Source: an uncultured bacterium (GTDB lineage Bacteria > Bacillota_I > Bacilli_A > RF39 > UBA660). From it: a stretch of DNA of 64,000 nt. Both the position numbers and the translations under genes were made by a program. Where the stretch lies: contig CAUERX010000001.1 of the NCBI GenBank assembly GCA_959020415.1, forward strand, positions 15,442 through 79,441. The letters run 5' to 3'. Shown in pieces: positions 45,948 through 55,344 of the stretch (its first letter is position 1; each line of letters opens with the position of its first letter). The notes beneath the pieces are model-generated. The model worked only from the letters and a program-made list of their open reading frames with translations, made no database searches and was not told the origin of the DNA.

Positions 45948-47006
45948 AAAAACAAAACAATGGAAGTTTAGAACTTATGCCGAAGATTTTTACGGGCAAA
46001 GAAAACAATTTCAAAAAAGTGGTTTTAGGACAAAAAAAGAAGCTATACAAGCTGAAATGGAGTTTAAAAATAAATATAGTAATGGTTGTGTAATATGACT
46101 TTTGGCGAATTATGGGAAATATATGAAAAACATATTGAATTAAAATTGAAATATAACTCATATAGAACGATAAAAACTAGAGTTGAAAAACATATATTAC
46201 CATATTTTAAAGATTATAAACTTGAAATGATTAATGCTGCTATATATACAAGATGGCAAAAGTTAATGGAAGATAAAGGTTATAGTTATAAGTATAAAAG
46301 TTCAATGCACGGTACAATAAGAACTATGTTAAATTATGCTATTAAATTCTATGGTTTGGAAACAAACATTGCAAGTAAGGTTGGAAACTTTTCTAAAAGA
46401 AATGAAATTCCGAAACAACCAGATGTTTGGTCTTATGAAGAATTTAAAAAATTTATTGATGTAGTTGATAATGATATGTATAAATTATTCTTTGAAACAC
46501 TTTATTACACAGGAATAAGAAAAGGCGAATGTTTAGCGCTTACCTGGAATGATTTACAAGGAAAATATTTATATATTAATAAAACTATGACTAGGCAAAA
46601 AATAGATGGTGTAAATCAGGTTAATAGTCCAAAAACAACCACATCACATAGAAAAGTAAAAATCACAGAAAATTTGTTATTAAAATTAAATGCTTATAAA
46701 GAAAGATGTCATAAGTTTGTAGGGTTTGAAAATAGTTGGTACATATTTGGTTGTTTGAAACCACTTTCTACGACAACAGTAGCGAGAAAGAAAGATTTAT
46801 ATTGTGAAAAAGCTGGAGTTAAGAAAATAAAAATACACGACTTTAGGCATAGTCATGTATCTTTGTTATTATCAAAGAATGTTCCTATAACAGTTATTGC
46901 GGACCGATTAGGACATTCCGATAAGGAAATCACCCTTAATACTTATTCACATATGTTACCAGGCGACGAAAATAAAGCAGTTGACGCACTGGAAAATTTA
47001 GAATAA
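45928..47006 (+). pseudogene. Tyrosine integrase split by a frameshift near 46090 (element D)
   Basis: The N-terminal 56 codons (MPVYQNKKTKQWKFRTY...SNGCVI*) end at 46098. The rest (..MTFGELWEIY...HDFRHSHVSLL...LNTYSH) is in another frame from 46086. Colinear with the element C integrase. Confidence 0.8.
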
Positions 47007-47100
47007 AAAAACCAAGTTCTTAAAAATAAGAATATTTTAAGTATTTAAACTAGTGATTATATAATTAAACCCTTGATAAACAAGGGACAATTAACAAATA

Positions 47101-47177
47101 TGGTGGAGAATAAGGGATTCGAACCCTTGACCCCCTGCGTGCAAAGCAGGTACTCTAGCCAACTGAGCTAATTCCCC
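47101..47177 (-). tRNA. tRNA-Ala(TGC), integration target of the array
   Basis: Anticodon loop uuTGCac, G3:U70 identity pair, encoded CCA. Its 3' 16-17 nt form att repeat copy 5. Confidence 0.95.
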
Positions 47178-47372
47178 AAAAATTGAGACTGCTTATAAAT
47201 TATAACATGTTATTTAGAAAAAATCAATATATTTGTGAAAAAAAGTTATATTACTATATTATACATCATTAAAAAATATATTACTGAATTTGTTATTTTA
47301 TGGGTTACCATACTTTTGATAAATTGTTCTTCGACATAAATTATATTGTAGATGCAGATTAGGAGGAATACA

Positions 47373-47765
47373 GTGACAACAATCCAAGTAATTTTATCAA
47401 CAGTTGGTGGCTTTTTAGGTCAGTTTTTTGGTGGCTTTGATATGCTGATGATGACACTTGTATCTTTTGTAATAATGGATTATTTAACAGGTGTAATGCA
47501 GGCAATAGTGCATCATAAATTATGCAGTAAGGTTGGCTTTAAGGGAATATTTAAAAAGATATTGATTTTTTTTATAGTAGGAATTGCGGTAAGTTTGGAT
47601 GAGACGTTTGGAACAACTAATTTAAGATATATTGCAATAGTATTTTACATAGTAAATGAGGGAATTTCAGTAATTGAAAACGCAATAGACTTAGGATTAC
47701 CAATTCCCGACAAAATAAAAGCTGTTTTGGATAAATTAAATGAAGAAAAGGTGGAAAGTGGTTAA
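47373..47765 (+). CDS. Holin family protein (phage_holin_4_1/TcdE-like pattern)
   Basis: FVIMDYLTGV...KKILIFFIVGIAV...NEGISVIEN pattern. AGGAGG SD before the GTG at 47373. Confidence 0.6.
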   Translation: MTTIQVILSTVGGFLGQFFGGFDMLMMTLVSFVIMDYLTGVMQAIVHHKLCSKVGFKGIFKKILIFFIVGIAVSLDETFGTTNLRYIAIVFYIVNEGISVIENAIDLGLPIPDKIKAVLDKLNEEKVESG

Positions 47766-47826
47766 CTACTTTTTTTTTAGTATCAATATATATGTACTTT
47801 GTGCTATAATTTAAATAGGTGGTTTG

Positions 47827-48693
47827 ATGATTAAGACAAATGATTTGACAAAATACTATGATAATATATTAGGTATTAAAAATATTTCATTGGAAATTAA
47901 AAAGGGTGAAATTTTTGGCTTACTGGGTCCTAATGGTGCTGGGAAGAGTACATTCATTAATTGTGTTATGCAGATGATAAATAGAACTTCAGGATCAATT
48001 TTTATAAATGGTAAAGAAATTTTACCACGTGATTGTAAATATAAACTTGAAATTGGGTATTTGCCAAGTGAGATTCATTTATATGATGATTTAAAGGTTA
48101 AAGATATGATTCAATATTCGGCTGAATTTTACGAAGGAGATTTAACAGAACGAATTAAATATTTAGTAGAGAAGTTAAAGGTTCCTGTAGAAAAGAAAAT
48201 TGAGGATTTATCATATGGTAATTTAAAAAAAGTGGGAATTGTTTTAGCTATGATGCATAGTCCAGCAGTTTTGATTTTAGATGAGCCAACTAGTGGACTT
48301 GATCCATTAGTTACAGAAGATTTTTTTAAATTATTGGAGGAGGAGAGAAAAAAGGGAACGACGATATTATTTTCAACTCATATTTTAAGTGAAGTAAAAA
48401 AACTTTGTGATCGAATTGGCATTATAAAAAACGGAGAGCTTGTAAAAATTTCAGATGTTAGTAGTTTGGTTGATGATAGTTTTAATATTGTAACAGTGGT
48501 TGGTGCTGAATATAAAAAGATGAGGCTGCCAATTAAGGATATTGTAATTAAGGAAGAAAATAAAAAATCGATAAAATTTATTTATAAAGGAAATATAAAT
48601 GATTTGATACAAGTTTTATCGGCGGTTAAAATTGAACATTTAACAGTTGAAGAACCAGATATTGAAGATATATTTATGACTTATTATAGATAG
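47827..48693 (+). CDS. ABC transporter ATP-binding protein
   Basis: Walker A GPNGAGKST, signature LSYGNLKK, Walker B ILILDEP. Confidence 0.9.
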   Translation: MIKTNDLTKYYDNILGIKNISLEIKKGEIFGLLGPNGAGKSTFINCVMQMINRTSGSIFINGKEILPRDCKYKLEIGYLPSEIHLYDDLKVKDMIQYSAEFYEGDLTERIKYLVEKLKVPVEKKIEDLSYGNLKKVGIVLAMMHSPAVLILDEPTSGLDPLVTEDFFKLLEEERKKGTTILFSTHILSEVKKLCDRIGIIKNGELVKISDVSSLVDDSFNIVTVVGAEYKKMRLPIKDIVIKEENKKSIKFIYKGNINDLIQVLSAVKIEHLTVEEPDIEDIFMTYYR

Positions 48694-48703
48694 GGGGTAT
48701 AAT

Positions 48704-49483
48704 ATGTTTAAAAGAGAAATGAAAGTTAATTTTAAAAGCTTTTTAATCTGGGGTATATCGTTAAGTCTTTTACTTGTTTTGATTTTTGCAATTTATCCAT
48801 CCATTTCAGATAAAATTGAATTTGATGATATGATGAAGAACTTTCCTCCAGAGTTACTTAAAAGTTTTAACTTTGATGTGGTTAGTATTTCTACTGTTTT
48901 TGGTTGGTATGCAAGCGAAGGATTTACAATTGTATCATTGATTGTGGCAATGTATGCTGCAGTATTAGGAGCATCTATTATTTTGAAAGAGGAAAGCGAT
49001 AAAACCATTGAGTTTTTATATTCTAAACCAGTTTCTAGAGGTAAAATTTTATTATCAAAACTTTCATCTGGTGGTTTATATGTTGTTTTTCTTAATATAC
49101 TTATTATGGTGATTACGGGAATTGGTTTTGTTTTGAGTGATGATATGCATACAGTCAAATGGTTATTATTAACGTTGTCACCAATATTAATTGGGTTAGG
49201 CGCTTTTGTTATTTCTGCGTTTGTTTCGTTATTTTTTAAGAAAACAAGAAAGGCTATGGGTGTTGCACTCGGAATAATTATGGGCATGTATGTAGTTAAT
49301 ATGATTGCTAAAATGTCGGATAATGTAGAATTTCTAAAGTATTTTACCCCATTTGGATACATAGATTCTGCAGATATTGTTACTAATGGAGCTTTGCCTT
49401 TGTGTAGTATTGTTGTTGTTATAATAATAATTGTATTTGTGTGGGGATTATGGTTTAGATATGAACGAAAAGAATTTTTATAA
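48704..49483 (+). CDS. ABC-2 type transporter permease
   Basis: Six TM segments, immediately downstream of the ATPase gene. Confidence 0.75.
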   Translation: MFKREMKVNFKSFLIWGISLSLLLVLIFAIYPSISDKIEFDDMMKNFPPELLKSFNFDVVSISTVFGWYASEGFTIVSLIVAMYAAVLGASIILKEESDKTIEFLYSKPVSRGKILLSKLSSGGLYVVFLNILIMVITGIGFVLSDDMHTVKWLLLTLSPILIGLGAFVISAFVSLFFKKTRKAMGVALGIIMGMYVVNMIAKMSDNVEFLKYFTPFGYIDSADIVTNGALPLCSIVVVIIIIVFVWGLWFRYERKEFL

Positions 49484-50132
49484 TGATGATAGGCTAGTAA
49501 ATAGAGAAGATAATGTACCATTAATATTAATTGGTGGAGCATCAGTGGTAGGGAAAACGACAATGGTTAGAAAATTGTTGAAAATATATCCCTACTATTC
49601 TCTTTCAATAGATGATTTAAAATATATGATTAGAAAATCAGGTTATATTGAAAAGCAGCTGTCTTCTCGAGATTTTTACTATCCGAAAACATGGATGGAT
49701 AAGGTTAGAAAAAGAGACTTTGAATTATGGCAATGGACAAAAGAATATATAAGTTCATCGTTAAGCCATAATTTACCATTGATTGTTGAAGGTGGATTAT
49801 GGGCGGATTATGTTAACGAAAGTATTAATGACTTTGTAAGTATTAATAACAAAGTAAAGATTGTCACTTTATTTATAGTTGATAGTACAGATGATAATGA
49901 GGTCAGAGAAAGGCTTTTGAATTTGAAGAAATCCAATCCATATAAGTGGCTTAACAAATATGATAAGCAGCAAATTTCTTTATATGTAAAATGCAATAAG
50001 CTTAGAACAGATAATATTGTTCAGTTAGCTAATAATTATAATTATTTAGTTTATGATATTAATGATTATGAATCTATGGATAAAATGCAGGAAGTTATTA
50101 TTAATGATATAAGAGCTTTAATTGATAATTAA
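49461..50132 (+). CDS. P-loop NTPase/kinase-like protein
   Basis: Walker A GGASVVGKTT. ATG at 49461 overlaps the permease 3' end. Confidence 0.5.
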   Translation: MNEKNFYNDDRLVNREDNVPLILIGGASVVGKTTMVRKLLKIYPYYSLSIDDLKYMIRKSGYIEKQLSSRDFYYPKTWMDKVRKRDFELWQWTKEYISSSLSHNLPLIVEGGLWADYVNESINDFVSINNKVKIVTLFIVDSTDDNEVRERLLNLKKSNPYKWLNKYDKQQISLYVKCNKLRTDNIVQLANNYNYLVYDINDYESMDKMQEVIINDIRALIDN

Positions 50133-50210
50133 GGTTATTAAAAATATTATAGGAGGATATGATGAATAGGCAAAATAGTTAATTTTTCTAGGCATCATAA
50201 ATATTTGATT

Positions 50211-51086
50211 ATGGAAACACCAAAAGAAGAAATTTTAGAATTTATGAAAACTAGACCAGGAACGGTTGGGATAATTGGATATGGTTCTGGAGTAAATCCC
50301 CAGGCTGGCCAAGAAGGACGTAAGCCACAGATTGATTTGATTGTGGTTGTTGATGATTTGAAAAAATGGCATAGGGATAATATTAAAAAGAATCCTCGTG
50401 ATTACTCTTTTTCAGGTCGATTATTTTTTGGACATGCTCCTTTATCTTGGCTAAAGGCTGGTGGGAAAATATGCTATATGACATATATTCCATTTAATGG
50501 TCGTAAATACAAGCTAGGAACTATTGAAAAAACAGATTTTTTAAATGATTTAAGGAATTGGGAAACCTTTTATATGGCTGGAAGAATGCAAAAGCCGATA
50601 TTGATTGTTCAAGATACTGAAGATATTGTAAAAGCAATTGAATATAATCGATATGCAGGAATAATGGCTGCCAAAATGATTGAGGGTGCGGGAGAAGTTT
50701 TACTTAAAGATTTTTATATTACTTTGGCTTCTTTATCTTATATTGGTGATACACGTATGGGAATTGCTGAAAATCCAGATAAAGTTAAAAATATTGTTAA
50801 TGGTAGAATTGATTTTTATGATGAATATTATGGCGCTAATTTAGTTTTAGATGGTGATAAGGTTGTCATTGAAGATAATATAAAAATAGACACTTTGCCG
50901 GATGAATTAGGTGATTATTTAGCGCAGCACAAGGATGTGAATACATCAGTGAGTGTTAAACAATTTTTAATTGAAAAGAATAAAAGCCAGAGTTTAGCAC
51001 AAACAGTTAAAGGATTATTTACAACAGGGCCAATTAAGTCAGTTAAATATGTTGGTGAGAAGCTTAAACGTAAAAAGAAAAAGTAG
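50211..51086 (+). CDS. Mmp37/Tam41-like protein (mitochondrial-type phosphatidate cytidylyltransferase family)
   Basis: GYGSGV..Q.......IDLIVVVDD...WH..N...NP.DYS and DL..WETFYMAGRMQKPI match the Tam41 family pattern as I recall it. Confidence 0.7.
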   Translation: METPKEEILEFMKTRPGTVGIIGYGSGVNPQAGQEGRKPQIDLIVVVDDLKKWHRDNIKKNPRDYSFSGRLFFGHAPLSWLKAGGKICYMTYIPFNGRKYKLGTIEKTDFLNDLRNWETFYMAGRMQKPILIVQDTEDIVKAIEYNRYAGIMAAKMIEGAGEVLLKDFYITLASLSYIGDTRMGIAENPDKVKNIVNGRIDFYDEYYGANLVLDGDKVVIEDNIKIDTLPDELGDYLAQHKDVNTSVSVKQFLIEKNKSQSLAQTVKGLFTTGPIKSVKYVGEKLKRKKKK

Positions 51087-51149
51087 TTATGTTTTTTGAC
51101 ATTACTATTTAAATTTGTTATAATCAGTGACATAGTTAGGTGATGGAAG

Positions 51150-51731
51150 ATGAAAATTAAATCAGTTGAGTTAGCAATTTCAGCAGTTAGACGTAGTCAA
51201 TATCCAACAGATGATTTATCAGAATTTTTACTTATCGGAAGATCTAATGTTGGGAAAAGTAGTTTTATAAATACGCTTGTTAATCGTAAGAATTATGCGC
51301 GTACTTCAGGAAGACCTGGTAAGACCCAAACAATTAATTTTTATAGGGTTAATGATGAATTTTATTTAGTTGATGCTCCAGGGTATGGTTATGCGCAAGT
51401 GGGAAAAACTAAAAGAAAGAAATTCGGATTAATGATTGAAGATTATATTGTTAATCGTAAAAATTTAAAGCAAGTATTTTTACTTATTGATTTTAGGCAC
51501 CGTCCAACTAACGATGATATTATGATGTATAATTATTTGAAGTATTATAAAATACCTGTGACAATTGTTGCAACTAAATGTGATAAAATTGGTATTACGT
51601 TACAACAAAAACAGCGAAATTCCATTTTAGATGATTTAGATTTAGTTGTTGGCGATGATTTTGTAATGTTTTCAAATGTAACTAAAGTTGGTAAAGAAGA
51701 AGTTCTGAAAAAGATAGAAATTACTTCTTAA
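51150..51731 (+). CDS. engB: Ribosome-biogenesis GTPase YsxC/EngB
   Basis: GRSNVGKSS (G1), DAPGYG (G3), TKCDK (G4). Confidence 0.9.
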   Translation: MKIKSVELAISAVRRSQYPTDDLSEFLLIGRSNVGKSSFINTLVNRKNYARTSGRPGKTQTINFYRVNDEFYLVDAPGYGYAQVGKTKRKKFGLMIEDYIVNRKNLKQVFLLIDFRHRPTNDDIMMYNYLKYYKIPVTIVATKCDKIGITLQQKQRNSILDDLDLVVGDDFVMFSNVTKVGKEEVLKKIEITS

Positions 51732-51779
51732 CTTTGTTGCAATTCATAGTTACTTTCATACACTATTTTAGGTGATAAG

Positions 51780-52259
51780 ATGAAGGTAGTTATGGATGAG
51801 AGTATGGTTATATTGTTTTTGAATAAATCTTATATTGAAAGTTTAGATTTTGGCGATAAAGAAAGTACTCAAAAATATTTAAAACAGCTTTTATTGAAGT
51901 TAAGAAATAATTATGATTTAGAATTTAGTGGTTATTATGACATGACTTTGTATATTGATAAGAATTATGGAGTTATTGTTGAAGCAAAGAAAGAGGAACT
52001 AGAATACTTAGATTACTTTAGTAATCAAATAGAAATGAATACAAAAGTAGTCGAAGATTCTTTTTTATATGAAATTACTGATATTGATGATTTTTTGTCT
52101 TCAAAATTTATAATATATCATTTAAGAGATAAAATATATATAGGCATTAAAGAAGAAATTTCAAATATTGAAATGGGATTAATGTTAGAGAAAGCTTGTC
52201 ATATTATTTATGGTGAAGCGGCAATGGAAATAATTAGAAGAGCAAAGGTAGTGAGGTGA
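51780..52259 (+). CDS. Hypothetical protein
   Basis: AGGTGA SD. Sits between engB and der. No motif recognised. Confidence 0.45.
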   Translation: MKVVMDESMVILFLNKSYIESLDFGDKESTQKYLKQLLLKLRNNYDLEFSGYYDMTLYIDKNYGVIVEAKKEELEYLDYFSNQIEMNTKVVEDSFLYEITDIDDFLSSKFIIYHLRDKIYIGIKEEISNIEMGLMLEKACHIIYGEAAMEIIRRAKVVR

Positions 52260-52263
52260 TATT

Positions 52264-53577
52264 ATGCGTAAACCAGTGGTGGCTTTAGTTGGAAGACCAA
52301 ATGTTGGTAAGAGTACTATTTTTAATCGTATGGTTGGTAGTAAAATAGCAATTATCGAGGATACTCCTGGGGTAACTCGTGATCGTATTTATGGTACTGT
52401 TAATTATCGTGATTATAGTTTTCACTTGATTGATACCGGTGGTATTGATATAACAGAGACTAAATTTAATGACGAAATTAAAGGACAAGCTGAACTAGCA
52501 ATTGACGAAGCAGATATTGTTGTATTTGTTGTCGATGGAAAAGAAGGCTTAACGGCTAATGATTATGTGGTTCGTGATATCTTAATGCGAAGTGGCAAAG
52601 ATATTATTGTAGCAATAAACAAGGCTGATACTAAAGCTTTTAAAGAACATAGGTATGATTTTTATGAACTTGGTTTTGATGCTTACATTGAAATAAGCGG
52701 TGAACAAAACTTCGGAGTTTATGATTTGTTAGATGAGATTACCAAGGATTTTAAAGAAATTCCTGAAGAATATGATGATAGTGTTGTTAAGTTTTCAATT
52801 ATTGGCCGTCCAAATGTCGGTAAAAGTAGTTTGGTTAATGCTTTATTAAATGAGGATAGAGTTATTGTTAGTGAAGTGGCTGGAACAACTCGTGATGCTG
52901 TTGATACACCGTTTACTTATCATGGTGAAGAATTTGTTGTAATTGACACAGCTGGAATGCGTAAACGTGGTAAAATATACGAAACTGTTGAAAAATATAG
53001 TTTACTTCGTTCATTAAAAGCAATTGATCGTAGTGATGTTTGCGTTATTGTTATTAATGCGGAAGAGGGAATTATCGAGCATGATAAACATATCGCTGGA
53101 TATGCAATAGAAGCAGGTAAAGCGGTAATAATTGCTGTTAATAAATGGGATTTAATTGAGGATAAGGACAAGAAGATGAGAGAGTTTATTAAAGAGATTA
53201 GAAATAATTTTGCTTTTATGCCTTATGCACCAATAGTTTTCTTATCTGCCCTTACTAAAAGGCGAGTTCATACTTTGATGCCAGTTATTATTAAGGTTAA
53301 TGAAAATGCACATAAAAAAATTAAGACAAGCCTACTTAATAATGTAATTATGGATGCTTATTCACTTAATTTGCCGCCTACTTATAAAAATAAAAGATTG
53401 AAAATTTATTTTGCTGCGCAAGCTGCAACATGCCCGCCAACCTTTAATATTCAGGTTAATAGTAAGGGGTTATTACATTTTTCATACGAGCGATATTTAG
53501 AAAATAAAATTCGTGAAAATTTTGATTTTGAAGGGACACCAATAGTTTTACAATTTAAAAATAAGGGTGAAGAATAA
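52264..53577 (+). CDS. der: GTPase Der (EngA), double G-domain
   Basis: Two G domains (GRPNVGKST twice, DTGG/DTAG, NKAD/NKWD) plus a KH-like C-terminus. Confidence 0.95.
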   Translation: MRKPVVALVGRPNVGKSTIFNRMVGSKIAIIEDTPGVTRDRIYGTVNYRDYSFHLIDTGGIDITETKFNDEIKGQAELAIDEADIVVFVVDGKEGLTANDYVVRDILMRSGKDIIVAINKADTKAFKEHRYDFYELGFDAYIEISGEQNFGVYDLLDEITKDFKEIPEEYDDSVVKFSIIGRPNVGKSSLVNALLNEDRVIVSEVAGTTRDAVDTPFTYHGEEFVVIDTAGMRKRGKIYETVEKYSLLRSLKAIDRSDVCVIVINAEEGIIEHDKHIAGYAIEAGKAVIIAVNKWDLIEDKDKKMREFIKEIRNNFAFMPYAPIVFLSALTKRRVHTLMPVIIKVNENAHKKIKTSLLNNVIMDAYSLNLPPTYKNKRLKIYFAAQAATCPPTFNIQVNSKGLLHFSYERYLENKIRENFDFEGTPIVLQFKNKGEE

Positions 53578-53655
53578 AACTTTGAATTATTCAAAGTTTT
53601 TTGTTTGAAAAAAACAGGACCATTTTTGAATTCGTTCATATACTAATGTAGGAGG

Positions 53656-53907
53656 ATGATGTATTTGCGATTTTCAGATAATTTTTTCGATAGAGTTGAA
53701 AAGAAAACTAATGTAGGGAAGCAAACTATTTTAGATTTAGCCGCTAAACTACAACAAAGTGATCTTAAAAACGAAGAGACATTAAGAGAGGTTATTAATG
53801 AACTTGGTCAAATGACAGGCAAAGAAGTTCCAAAAGAAAAACAAGATAAAATTATAGAAGCGGTAGTTAATGATAAAGTACCGAAAGATATTGATAAATT
53901 GATATAG
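53656..53907 (+). CDS. Stage VI sporulation protein F-like (SpoVIF/YjcC)
   Basis: NFFDRVEKKTNV......LA..L......E.T.R.VI..L......VPKE..DKI resembles B. subtilis SpoVIF as I recall it. Confidence 0.65.
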   Translation: MMYLRFSDNFFDRVEKKTNVGKQTILDLAAKLQQSDLKNEETLREVINELGQMTGKEVPKEKQDKIIEAVVNDKVPKDIDKLI

Positions 53908-53969
53908 TCATCGTTTGGGTGACTTTTTATTGTGGTTAATAAAAAATCACTTATTAAAAAGTGACTTTT

Positions 53970-55195
53970 TTTACTTGGCTAAAATTTTTTTATTGATTTC
54001 TTTTCTATATCGTTTTAATTTATCTTCAATTTTCTTTATAATAGTCGTACTTTTATAGAGGTCAATAAGCTTGCTTTTTTTAATCTTTAAGCTTATAGAA
54101 GTATTTTTGGTTAATTCGTTTAATTATTATTGCTACTTCATTGGCGCTTAAATTTTCATTGCATATTAGATATTTGAATGTTAAATCAGTTGATTTAAAA
54201 TCATCCTTATCTTTTTATCTATAATATTATCTACATAATTGTTAAAAATACTAGCAGATTCGCATACTTTTAATGCTAGTTTTTTGTCAAAAGGGTTATT
54301 AATGATGGTTTTTTTCAATCTGGGTACTTCCAAGCCCATAAATTTTTATTTTCTTTTTGAAGAATATATTTTTGAAGATCACGTGCATACTGATTTAAAG
54401 AAAGTATATCTTTTAACTTAGTCATTTGAATACTTTGATATTTTACCCTTTACTATTTCATTAGTTTCGTTACTTATTTTTATAGGTAGCATAATTTTAT
54501 CAAGGTTTTTATTGATGCTCATTAGGGTAGTAATAGTTTGTTGTCCATTATTTATTGTTGGATTTTTAATACTAATTGTAGATCCGTCATCTTTAATGTC
54601 TTCTGTAATATTAATTCCGTTATTATATTTTATAAAATTTTCTGGTTCATTTTCGATGGTATAAATCATTTTTCATTAGCTTTTAATATGCCTTAACATT
54701 ATTAGAAAAATATTTAGATAGGTCAATCTCTTTTGTATCATTATTTTTTAAATTAATTCCGAGGGAAATTAATAAGTATTTTTTTAAATCTTGATCTTTT
54801 ATATAGAAGGTGAAATTATTATTATCGTCAGTTGATATATTATATATTGGTTCATTTGGGTGTGTTTTAGGCTTTTTAATTTTTAAAGTTAGATTGGTTT
54901 CTTTTAAAGTAAGTAGTTTATTTTCAAAATACATATTATATATTGTTTTTTGCGTGTAATTGTTTTCTTCTTTGGAATTTTCAGAAACGCTACAAAATAT
55001 TTTTTTATCTTGGATTTTAAGTTTGTTATTTTTGATAAAATTGAATAAGTCTTTCGCGTTTTTTGGAGTATTATTATCAATGCATTTATCATAGTTTATT
55101 TTCATGGTCTTATAAGCTGGTGAATCAAGATGGCTAATTTTCACTTGATAAATATAAACTTTTTCTTCATTGCCATAGTATATAGCATCAATTGT
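53970..55195 (-). pseudogene. Decayed abortive-infection-like gene (AIPR-like N-terminal motifs)
   Basis: 5'-truncated frame with ..IDAIYYGNEEKVYIYQVK.. and ..INNGQQTITT... Downstream ~450 nt has multiple stops and frame changes. Very AT-rich insert between spoVIF and spoIVA. Confidence 0.4.
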
Positions 55196-55344
55196 TTATT
55201 AGATTAATTTTTTTAAAAAGACCTCTTTGTAATAATGTAGAACATGGAATGACAATTTAACTTTTATATTATTTTAAGTGATTTTTTTCATATATGATTG
55301 TTTTTCCACATATATTTAAGTAAATTATGGAAAGTAGGGATTAT

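Larger units (their letters stand above)
31239..47177. mobile_element. Tandem array of four integrative elements (A-D) at tRNA-Ala(TGC)
   Basis: Five direct copies of TGGTGGAGAATAAGG (the tRNA-Ala 3' end) at 31239, 33088, 35264, 39897 and 47101. Integrase genes or remnants lie just left of copies 2, 4 and 5. Confidence 0.85.

Noticed and set aside
48793-49563. 256-aa minus-strand ORF.
   Set aside because: It is fully antisense to the ABC-2 permease gene, which has clear TM architecture and operon context. The antisense product is low-complexity and has no SD.
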